A DNA stretch of 64,000 nucleotides from Octopus vulgaris (lineage: Eukaryota), in NCBI GenBank assembly GCA_951406725.2, contig OX597825.1:26598001-26662000 (forward strand). Reading direction: 5' to 3'. The notes under the pieces were generated by a model. It was not told where the DNA came from and did no database searches. It worked only from the letters and a program-made list of their open reading frames with translations. This document shows, in pieces, positions 54,004 through 64,000 of this stretch; position 1 is the stretch's first letter; each line of letters starts with the position of its first letter. Both the position numbers and the translations under genes were made by a program.

Positions 54004-55027
54004 GATGACCGGTGTCCTGTGATAAAAACAAAACTGTGTGTGACTTCACAAAGAGGGCAAGTCAAATTCTGTGATAGCAACTACTGTAGGAAGGTCTAGA
54101 AGCGCTGTGCAACGAATTGCAGCTAATTTTAAATCATCAGGAACGAAAGATGCTAAACCCAAAACTGGTAGACCTCGTAAAACTTTACCAAGACAGGATC
54201 GTATTATGATTAGAATGTCACTGAAGGATAGATTAAGAGTGCTACTGAGATATCCCACGAATTTAGCTCCACCTCCGATGTCAACGAGTCACGCAAAACA
54301 GTTTCTCGGAGGTTACAAGTTTCTGAATTGCTTGCTCGTGCACCGGCAAAGAAACCTCTGATCTCCAAGAAGAATCAAAGAGCCCATATTCCTTTTTAGT
54401 AATGAACATGTCGTTTGGACAGAAGAACAGTGGTCGCAGCTTGATTTTATCGATGAATCGAAGCTTAATGTAATTGGTTCCGGTGTCGGGATGTACGTGT
54501 GACGAACAAGTAACGAAATGTTATCTCGTACATACGTGAAGTAGATAGTGAAATATGGAGGAGGCAGTGTACTATTAATACTAAGGGTAGTGAGTGATCT
54601 CTGCTGCTAGTCCTAGTCCACTTATTCGCCTATAATGGACTGGTCAATGCTGAAAACTACAAGCAGATTCATAGACAGCATGCCGTTCCACATCTCCGAT
54701 CCTCGTCAATTCAACCTCCTCTCTTCGTACAGGACAATGCTTACTTTCACATTGCGGAGGGAGTCTAAGATTGTTTGAGTGATGAAGGGGTTGATCTCAT
54801 GGTCTGGCCATCTCAAAGTCCCGATGTCAACTCTATAGAAAACGTTTCGAAGATTATTAGAGATGGGGCGCGAAGGAGAAATCCAAAGAGCCGAGATGAA
54901 CACTGGCAATTATTTAAAAATCGAATGGAACAATATTACTCCATCATTTTGCAAGAAATTATTTCAGTCCTGTGGTAATACATGTCAGGAGGTAATTGAT
55001 AGTAAAGGGATGTTCACAATATATTAA
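54004..55027 (+). pseudogene. Tc1 DD34E transposase pseudogene
   Basis: GRPRKT, FIDESKLN, QDNA, WPSQSPDVNSIENV; stops and frameshifts. Confidence 0.9.
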
Positions 55028-55187
55028 TTATAAAGGTTTCTTTTTGTTCATGTTCCGTTTCCATTGATTTTCTAAGTGACGCTGAACTTTAGGTCGTTGC
55101 AGTTTGGAAGATCCTTTGTTTATTTCCTCATAACTTACGAAATATTTGATCCAATCACAAAAGATAGATGTTAGATATAACTAAATA

Positions 55188-55604
55188 CGAGGGACGTTCA
55201 ATAAGTAATGCTTCTGACCCACTTGCAGTGGCTTGATCTAGCTGAAATTTTGCTAGTACAATCATGTATATTTCTATAGAGTAGGTGGCAAATTACAGCT
55301 CTGAATAAATTGTTTTTTCTGATTTACAGGTGTTTGAACCGAGTCAAGTGTGAAATGGAGCCTGTTGAGTGTCGAGCAGTGATCCGGTTTTTGTATTTGA
55401 AAGGACGCACACCACGGGAGACTTTTGATGAAATGAAAGTAACTAATGGTGATGATGCCCCATCATATGACCTTGTAAAACAATGGGAGAAATGCGTAAC
55501 TCTGGGTGGTTGCTATGTTGAAAAAGACTAATAACTGTGCCAAGTTTCGTTGCTCTACTGCTATGGGAAGTGGGTCAGGGGCATTACTTATTGAACGCCC
55601 CTCG
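55188..55604 (+). mobile_element. 417-bp mariner deletion derivative (MITE) nested in the Tc1 TIR
   Basis: TA-flanked TIRs 'cgagggacgttcaataagtaatgcttctgacccactt' / 'aagtgggtcaggggcattacttattgaacgcccctcg'; ORF 55355-55531 joins transposase N- and C-termini. Confidence 0.93.
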
Positions 55605-56724
55605 TATGTGTAAAAAAATATAGTCTCAACGTTTTGTTAATTTTCTATAATAAACATTTCAATACACTTGTTCTTATTGACACGTATATTATGGCCGCTA
55701 CTGTATAGCATATATGAAATTTAAATACAGTGTTCATCGAATAATTGATATAACTTCTATAAATGGGTTATCGGTGAGTCAGTATTATGATACATATTTA
55801 CTTGCTGATATATTAATTGTTTAATAGTATTGCATGTTATAAGATCACAGGAGTAAAATGTATCAGATTTCGACACGGCAAAAATGTGACATTTGTTATT
55901 CATCATAATTGAGATGATATGATGAATTCAGATCTATTCTTGCCAGAAACACTTCCACAATCTATTCTGTCATTACGGTTTTCACATCGTAATCTTTAGA
56001 GTTAAAATAATCCTTCAAAAAGCAACCTCAAAATATAGAAATATATTTATAAACAGTTAACAATTCCTAAGGCAAAATATATGAGCATTGAAAACGACTT
56101 ACATGATTTCCATTGTTGGAAAATACCATCGTGGAACGATGATTCGCTTATTATCTTTGTGATAAGCGCATTAGGTAAGAAATCCTCAGTAAGCTGGTTG
56201 AGTGAAGCAATTTGTAAGATGGTTGTGTCGCTTCATACAACATCATTTCTTTGTGATATTTTCAGCATTTTCTGTAAGTATCAGTATGCTATGACAACAA
56301 TGAATGTGGAAAAGTTGATTATTAAGTAAAACTCACGACTGACTAGCGTTCACATTTCAGTGTGTAGTATAGTCATTTCTAATACGGCTACATATATTCA
56401 ACTAGTAGATACAATGAATGACAAATTAGCTGCCTCTGATTCATTACCTATTCGATTACGAAAATTACGTTACCAATATCTTAAGCTAAATCCAATCATT
56501 TGTTTTCAAAATTAAATATGACAGAATGTTTTTCAACATTATCAGCGGTGTAAATGAGAGAGAATGTTAAATGAAGGCGCAATTAAAGTTAATATGGACT
56601 ACTATCAAGTAGTACAATTTTCTTTATGCCGTGTACATTCGTGTGAACACATAAAAATATCCTCCGGTATACACTAAATTTCCATGTTTATTATGTACAC
56701 TTATCCGTATTTTAAACACTTATG

Positions 56725-56726
<2 letters not shown>

Positions 56727-56822
<96 letters not shown>

Positions 56823-56877
56823 TATATATATACATATATATACATACATATATATACATATATATATATATATATAC

Positions 56878-56912
<35 letters not shown>
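56727..56912. repeat. (TA)n microsatellite
   Basis: Direct reading. Confidence 0.95.
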
Positions 56913-57249
56913 ACACACATATATCAAATATATATATTCACACATAGATATACACACACACTCACATAAGTATATACGTAAAAGTAGAACTTTGGAATGA
57001 GGATTCCATTGGTGTGTAAATAATTTCTTTATTTCTTGGATTAAGGCTACCATTGATTTCATGTTAAGAGGAGTGGGAAATATCGCAGTATCTTAACAAT
57101 TTTTCAAGCCGATGATATGGAGAAAGGTGTTCGCTTCCATTTTGGAAAACAATCTCCTTTCGTTCACGTTTACTATATATATGTGTATGTGAGTATGTGT
57201 GTTCTAGAAATATATAGATATAACTGAATATTTCGTTTCACTTTTAAAA

Positions 57250-58920
57250 CGTTGATACAGGAAACTTTATTTAATAAGTATTCTCCACTCAGCCCTTATC
57301 AGTCGAAATCTACACAGTTCTAGAATACTATTGCGCTATCAGAATATTAATAGCATAGTTTTCACCACTAAAGGGGTTCCATTATCACTAAAAGTGTTTA
57401 CGCCAATCTCTACGCCCCAAAAGGCAAATTATAGCTATCTATATACATAGATAATATATCAGACGGAAGGTGGAAGATACGAGAATTTTTATTACTCACG
57501 ACAATTGTTTCGAAGCATCCAGCATCGCTTTCCTTACGGCTGGGATAATTAACAGCTAATTCAGGAGCATCCGACGGTGCAATTATGTCTCTTCGGGTGA
57601 TAAATAAATATAATTCGTTAAAATAACAGTTCCGTAATGTATCTTCTCGGAAACGATATTGTTTGGTTTTGCGTGCCTTACTATGGACCAATTTATGTCA
57701 TACTTAATTTTATCTTCCTTCTCTCACCACACAAAATCGGCCAAAGTTGTTGAATGTCTCATTGATTTTCTGGAAGCCGGGTACATGGGTGCGATAACGG
57801 TTCTTAAACGATTCACCCGTTTGCCCAGTGTAAACATATGGCTCGCCCCCTGTGTACACGTTATATTTATATACAGGAGTTGTACTCATACAGACATTCA
57901 ATAGGCATTTTGATTTTTTCTCTGCATGAGCATTTATTGTATTTATTTGTATATATGTATTAGGTTGTCAAGAAAGTTCTTGCGGTTTTTAACCTTTAAA
58001 TTCAGATGCACATGTCTCGGCTCAAACAAAACTTTATTAATCGAAATAGACACCATCAGAATCAACACACGTTTGCCAACACGAAACAAGTTTATTAATG
58101 CCAGTAGCGTACAAACTCTGCGTTCAGGTAGCGATGAAGTCGTTGGTTGAAGGCGTGTTTGGCATAGTCTTGGTTTTTTAAGTACTTTCCAAGAAGTTGT
58201 CGAGATGCTTAAAAAAGTGGTAGTCGGTAGGCGAGAAGTCTGGTGATTATGACGGATGAAGGAGAATTTCGTAGCCCAAATCTTTCAAATTCTGCAGGGT
58301 CAGTTGTGCGACGTGCGGCCGAGTGTTGTCAGGAGAAAAACCACCTTTGAAATAATATATAAAATCAGAGAAATGTAACGAACATTTATTTGAAAATTTC
58401 TAATTTAAAACTAAAATTTTAAAAAAAGCTGTCTTGACAACATAATAAAATCTGACTTCATTTCCCGAATTTGGCCGTATTTGGTGCTTTTCATTGTAGT
58501 TCACATCAGCTTCATTGGTATTTAGATGCATATGTTTGCTACATCCAGTAGGTGGGTCATACAACTGTTGTCGCATATGACTATTCTTTATGCAGTGTAT
58601 ATGCTGCTCGAAATTAGCGTAGGATAACTTCTCGGTTTGTCGATTAAAAATAGAATTGTAACTACTAAATTTACGAAAACATTTGTCTAAATTGGCAAAC
58701 TTTTCTCCGCGATCAATATAATACTTCGTGTAGATTTGTTTCGAATATAATATAAAACTTTTTACTTTTGAACTAAAATGCATATTAAAAGGAAGGCATT
58801 ACGCTCCCTATTTCGACTCTATATGCGAAATCTCAAGTTTACTAAATACTCGATGACTGATATTTGCTGCGCAATAGCTATGTAAGGGCAGGTAAAGTAG
58901 TTCTGCAAACATTATGAATA
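57250..58920 (-). mobile_element. Degenerate Penelope-like element (RT C-terminal linker and GIY-YIG), interrupted by a mariner fragment
   Basis: LDKCFRKFSSYNSIFNRQTEKLSY (cf. IDKHF...KIFNRNTxKxSY) and VYKYNV...VYTGQTGESFKNRYRTH (GIY-YIG signature). Confidence 0.75.
57960..58340 (-). mobile_element. Mariner 3' fragment with one TIR
   Basis: TIR 'ttaggttgtcaagaaagttcttgcggtt'; minus strand DNTRPHVAQLTLQNLKDLGYEILLHP..SPDFSPTDYHFFKHLDNFL. Confidence 0.88.
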
Positions 58921-59078
58921 TATTTCTGGATTCTTCCATTTTGCCTAGTACCCAGAACAAGGACAACGTAAAACGCAAAGGGTTTTGCCATTGCATATGA
59001 TTATTTTTCTGGATTCTTCCATTTTGCCTAGTACCAAAAACAGGGACAGCATAAAACGCAAAGTGTGTTGTCATTGCA
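58921..59078. repeat. Two-copy tandem duplication, period 83 bp
   Basis: 'tttctggattcttccattttgcctagtacc...aaaacgcaaag...cattgca' occurs twice. Confidence 0.9.
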
Positions 59079-59649
59079 CTTCTTAAAGGATTATACATAT
59101 ATTATATATCACTTCAATATTTGCCCGATAATGAGTGCAAAGTTCAAATCTTTCAAGTCTACAAATAGTGCAAACATATAAAAATTTCTTTTTAAACTTC
59201 GACCGTTATTTCCGAAATAAAACTTTATAAAGCACAATGCATATGTTTTTGTTTTCTTTTAGATATTGTTGTAATAATCTTTAGCTCAATGTGAAATTTT
59301 GTGGTTGCTTATTGAAACGTTTGAGTGAAGGCACACTTCGTATTTTGTATTCCGTCGAGACAATAGAAACAAAGTGACAACATTAACAGGAATCATTGCT
59401 AACGTAATAATAACGTCAAACAAAAAGTTATTTCTACTTGACAATAGAATAAAGCTGAAAAACTCTGAAACCAGCTTCTTTTCACTGGATTTTTCAAGCA
59501 TTTTACTTCATTTTTAATTCTTAATTTACATTTATCGAGCTTCAAGTAATTATAAATCACAGATATTTTTCATGATACCTCCTTCCTGTCTGCCTATTGT
59601 CAACTGTTATATACAATTGTATTGTTACTCTTCATTTTCTTTAACATTG

Positions 59650-60075
59650 AACCCACCTCCTCCTCCCCCACGTTCTCCTCCTCCTTCTCTTCCTCCTCAT
59701 TCTTCTCCTTATTCTCCTCCTCCTTCTTCCGATCTTTCTCCCCTCTTACTCCTTCTCCTCCTCACTCTTCCCATCTACCTTCTCCTCCTTCACCTATTTC
59801 TTTACTACCCACCCTCTCCTTCTCCCCTCTCTCTCCTCCTCTTTCCCTTCTTTCCCCTCATTTTTCTCCTCCTCACACTTCTCTCCTTCTTCCTGCACAT
59901 CGTCCTCCCCTCTCGTCCACCGCTCCTCCGCTACTTGTTCTTCCCTGCTTCGTCTCCTCCTCTACTATTTTCTCCTCTGCCTCCTCCACCTCATCTCCTC
60001 GTCTTCCTCTCCTCATCTCACCTTATTTTATCTTCTCCTTTTTCCTTTTTCTTCTTCCTCTTCTTTTTTGTTTCA
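59650..60075. repeat. Polypyrimidine (CCT/CT) low-complexity tract
   Basis: Direct reading; explains the Pro/Ser/Leu-rich ORFs. Confidence 0.9.
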
Positions 60076-60716
60076 CCTATTTTTACTATTAATATTATTT
60101 GCAATCAAGAAGTTATACTACCACCATATCAAACGAACGAGTCATATCGAACGGGCAAAGGTCACCGTTGAGTGAAACAACACCGCTCACCATAAAATTG
60201 ATGCTGGCTCAGAGCTTAACATTGCACCTGGGACTCAGCTACAATTTCCTTCGTGTTGATCAGCCGATCTTCTTCAAAAGTCCACTAAATAAGCTTTGTT
60301 TATGAACAAAAGAGTTATATTTCTAGGGGTGAATAATTCACCTACTCAAAATAATAATATGTCATTACTATTATAAAAATGATGGTATTATTTAAAATAT
60401 TATTAATATTCTCATATTTTGTATTCATTGTGTAGTCAATATTATCACAGTAGATGTATCGTTGTCTCATGGAATAGATAATATTATATTCCTATTGTAT
60501 TCCCATTTTATTAACATGTGGAGGTAAGGTGCTACCCATGACTCGTCATACATTTTAAGAGAGCATCCGGAGGGAAAGGTGAAGCAATATAGATGATGCA
60601 AAATTTACACAAGGTATCATTTGCTGTTTGTTTAATTGCACTAACGTTTTCTCATATCCAAGATCTTCCGACCTATATATATACTTTATTTTAAGCAGCA
60701 GAAAATTCAACAAAAT

Positions 60717-60754
60717 CTGTTACTCTGAGTTTCTCGTTGCCGTTCATCAGACAG
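60717..60754 (-). ncRNA. Minimal type-I hammerhead ribozyme, intact core
   Basis: Minus strand ctgt-CTGATGA-a-cg-gcaa-cg-a-GAAA-ctcagag-TA-acag. Confidence 0.8.
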
Positions 60755-60769
60755 TTTTTGCTAGAAAAA

Positions 60770-60807
60770 CTGTCTGATGAACGGCAACGAGAGACTCAGA
60801 GTAACAG
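60770..60807 (+). ncRNA. Mirror-copy hammerhead with GAAA mutated to GAGA
   Basis: ctgt-CTGATGA-acggcaacga-GAGA-ctcagag-TA-acag. Confidence 0.7.
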
Positions 60808-60914
60808 ATTTTGTTGAATTTTCTGCTGCTTAAAATAAAGCATATTACTCTACCACTGGTATTTGAGTACTCTTTTTTCCACCTTGTTTCACATTTATGT
60901 GTTTACTCCGGTGA

Positions 60915-60955
<41 letters not shown>

Positions 60956-61520
60956 ATATGATTAGGTGGTTGCAGACCTTAGATATCTATAGTATTAACA
61001 TGCAAAATTTACATTTATCATAAAGGCAGACAATGTGCCTGCCTGCAAGAAAGGGGAGCTATATTATTGTTGCTGTTATTATCAACTGTTTATAAAATGT
61101 TTATAATTACTTCAGTTAGTAATAAGAATAATAATATCAGTCAAAAATATTACTAGTTGCCATAATATAGACATTTTTGTAAAAGGAAAATTTTTTCTAG
61201 TTACCCTGTTCAAAATGAATAAAATCTTATCTACAAAAATACATATGTAATAAATATTCAATAAAATATTGTAAATCCGGTAGAAAATCGAAAATATTCA
61301 ACGCTATTAGTAACATTCACCTTCCTGTATACGGATTTCTCGGTATCATGCGTGTTTGAAAAATTGAAAAGCTATACAAAAATTCCAGTTCATGAGCTTC
61401 GTGTCAATCCATTTCTTTAAGTATATTTATTTAACAGCTAACAAATGTCATAAAAGTCTTACTTTAAATATTGAAACTGTAAGAGTTGTTCCTTGCTTTG
61501 AATAACATTTTAAAATACAC

Positions 61521-61936
61521 TAACTATTAATATCCAGTAACGCTGCCGTAATCTCCTTTAGAGAGACTTAGTAATTTTAATATTTCTATTATTGAAAACA
61601 ATTGGATGTATTCCACTGTAAGTAGGTAAATAAAATCTTCGAACAGACGGTCAGTAGCGACACCTGCTGGTTCTGACTACGCTGCATTGATAAAGAGCAA
61701 CAACCCTGAAACATGTCTGCAGATGTCTGACTAGCAAGGTGAAGCGGCTGCCCTCGCCTGTTCGAAGGTTGTAATGGACGCAGGTTCGTGTGTCATATAG
61801 CTAGCTAGAGGCGATGGCCTCTTGGAGCTAATCAACGACAGCTTTAGTCTTATATTTATAGAATGCCATATTAGTATGGCGATAACTATTAATATCCAGT
61901 AACGCTGCCGTAATCTCCATTAGAGAGACTTAGTAA

Positions 61937-61945
<9 letters not shown>
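61521..61945 (+). mobile_element. Retrozyme-like unit: 362-bp period with 63-bp terminal redundancy and an internal hammerhead
   Basis: Direct repeats 61521-61583 and 61883-61945 (one mismatch); no ORF; multiple hairpins; followed by (TA)n. Confidence 0.7.
61682..61722 (+). ncRNA. Type-I hammerhead ribozyme with U3:A8 compensatory core
   Basis: ctgca-TTGATAA-ag(agcaacaacc)ct-GAAA-catg-TC-tgcag. Palindromic stem III acatgt, GTC triplet, 5-bp stem I extended by further pairing. Confidence 0.75.
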
Positions 61946-61983
<38 letters not shown>

Positions 61984-62308
61984 TATATTTACACGTAGGT
62001 ACATACACATAGAAAAACACACACATGTGCATACACACATGCGCACAATCGCACATCCACTCGTGTACACACGCATATTCATAAATACCTGTGTATTAGT
62101 GTGTGCGCATACACGTGTTCGTATGTATGTATGTATGTATGTATATATATATAAAATGTATTTTATAATTTATCTCGGTTCACCCCTTAGAAGAAACACA
62201 TTCTAACTTAATTGTAATATATTTTATACAGGGTGTATTAGAAATATAACTTGGAATAATATGCAGGGAATAATAGACTTTATTTAATTAATATTAACTT
62301 TAAAATTA

Positions 62309-62647
62309 ATAATAAATCTCAGAGCGAGTTATAAACAGTAGCTACAACACATCGTGACGTATATTTGCCATTTAAACATGGCTAACCCCTAAGGGTGGAT
62401 GCTACTGTAGTTTGTAGCCCCAGGAGGACACCTTCTCCAGCTGGCTATAGACACACTTTCTGTCCCCTATCTATATTTGCAAAGGTCCTTCTCGAAGACG
62501 GGAAGGATGGCTTCCCTTTGCAAATACTGATAGGGCACAGAAAGTGTGTCTATAGCCAGCTGGAGGAGGTGTCCTCCTGGGGCTATAAACTACAGTAGCA
62601 TCCACCCTTAGGGGTTAGCCATGTTTAAATGGCAAATATACGTCACG
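62309..62647. mobile_element. Fold-back insertion with 134-bp arms and a 13-bp target-site duplication
   Basis: Arms 62352-62485 and 62515-62648; 'aactttaaaatta' at 62296-62308 and 62648-62660. Confidence 0.85.
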
Positions 62648-63184
62648 AACTTTAAAATTATTTCTGTAATAATGTTCATTCATTCAAAACAGGTTTTACT
62701 TGCATTTGGACTTATTAACGAAAACCAAACATCTCTGCAATGATGTTGAGAAAACACGGAAATATACAGATTTGTGCATTTGTTAATGTAAAACGATAAG
62801 ATCTGACTGTTAACTAAGGAAAGAAACATGGAAAAATTAATATTTGTTTTCGTATAACTATTTGTGGTTAATTAAACTTAGTTTTAAATAATTCTGCGTT
62901 TCAAAATAATTATATTGATCAAAGCGACGTAAAGAGAAAATTATATAAATACAGTAATTTATTTTTAAACTGCGGAAAATGTGTGAGAGGCTATGGATAA
63001 ATGGTATCGCCTATCATAATTGAATGAAGAATTAAGGAAATACTCAAGTACATTCACCCGCGTACACCCATAAAACATGTGATTGGTAGACGAAAGAGCA
63101 GAATTAAAAGTACATGAAGACATAGAAATGAAGTGGCTGAGAGCAGGAAGGTAGGGAGAAATATGACGATGAATATGGTGGGGA

Positions 63185-63500
<316 letters not shown>

Positions 63501-64000
63501 CAACAAAAAATAACAAGGCAAGGAAGAGAAATTAGAAAAGGAAACTGGTGAAACGAGAACAAAGAACATGGGAAGAAAAGATGGAGATGGTTGAAGCGAA
63601 GCACAGCAATCATAAAACGAAATAATGCAAAAATTACAATTAACTGAAAGCAGTATAAGTACATGAGGAAAGATTAGAAGACTCAGAAATGCAGGTTGTG
63701 CTCTTCAGATCTTCATAATGATACAACGTCTATGGTTTTTTATGTTTGTCAGTGGGAAGCTCCAAATAATAGAAATGAAAAAAAAATGTAAGAGACATAG
63801 GAAAATGATGAACTAATGAGAATCTTTTTTTAAAGAATGATCGACAAATAATAACAAAGAAGTTAAAGCATAAACAAGTGCATTAATTAAATGAAACAAG
63901 TATACAACAAGAAATGCTATAGAAAATGAATTTAACAGAAAAAAATATAGTAAATATAATGCACAGTTTAATAGAATTTCGAAATAATAAATGCGTAAAA

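Larger units (their letters stand above)
53695..55703 (+). mobile_element. Tc1-family transposon with long (~200 bp) TIRs; right TIR interrupted by a mariner MITE
   Basis: TA-flanked 'cagtagcggccataatata' / 'tatattatggccgctactg'; inverted similarity continues to 'taagttatgagaaaataaacaa' / 'ttgtttatttcctcataactta'. Confidence 0.93.
60684..60912. mobile_element. Young palindromic PLE-type terminal-repeat insertion with 76-bp arms, flanked by duplicated 'gacc(ta)n'
   Basis: Arms 60684-60759 and 60765-60840 with one mismatch; 'gacctatatatata' at 60670 and 60913. Confidence 0.85.

Noticed and set aside
57225-57308. Minus-strand CTGATAA...GAAA at the end of the second PLE
   Set aside because: C3/A8 mismatch and no identifiable stems I or III; may be a decayed HHR but cannot be supported.
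59572-60171. 199-aa proline-rich ORF
   Set aside because: Product of a CCT/CT polypyrimidine tract.
62524-62553. ata-CTGATAG-ggcaca-GAAA-gtgtg-TC-tat hammerhead-like string in the fold-back arm
   Set aside because: Non-canonical core, no stem II or III pairing, and the mirror arm lacks the CTGA.

Overview
AT-rich, microsatellite-laden eukaryotic DNA, intergenic or deep intronic. The SINE and LINE repertoire resembles what I recall of octopus (coleoid cephalopod) genomes; that assignment is inference from memory. No host protein-coding exon can be supported, and almost all listed ORFs are translations of (TA)n, (CA)n or (AAT)n repeats. The window is mostly decayed mobile DNA: a full-length mariner, internally deleted mariners, a long-TIR Tc1, a DD37D-like (maT) relic, a piggyBac, a Helitron helicase end, CR1-like, RTE and R4/Dong-like LINE fragments, several tRNA-derived SINEs and two Penelope-like (PLE) remnants. 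The most notable signal is a set of small non-coding elements carrying minimal type-I hammerhead ribozyme (HHR) motifs. Several use the compensatory U3:A8 core (TTGANAA), most have palindromic stem III, and they occur as fold-backs or as a 362-bp retrozyme-like unit, often beside (TA)n tracts. There are also several local templated or inverted duplications. All structures were read by eye, so coordinates of degenerate elements are approximate.
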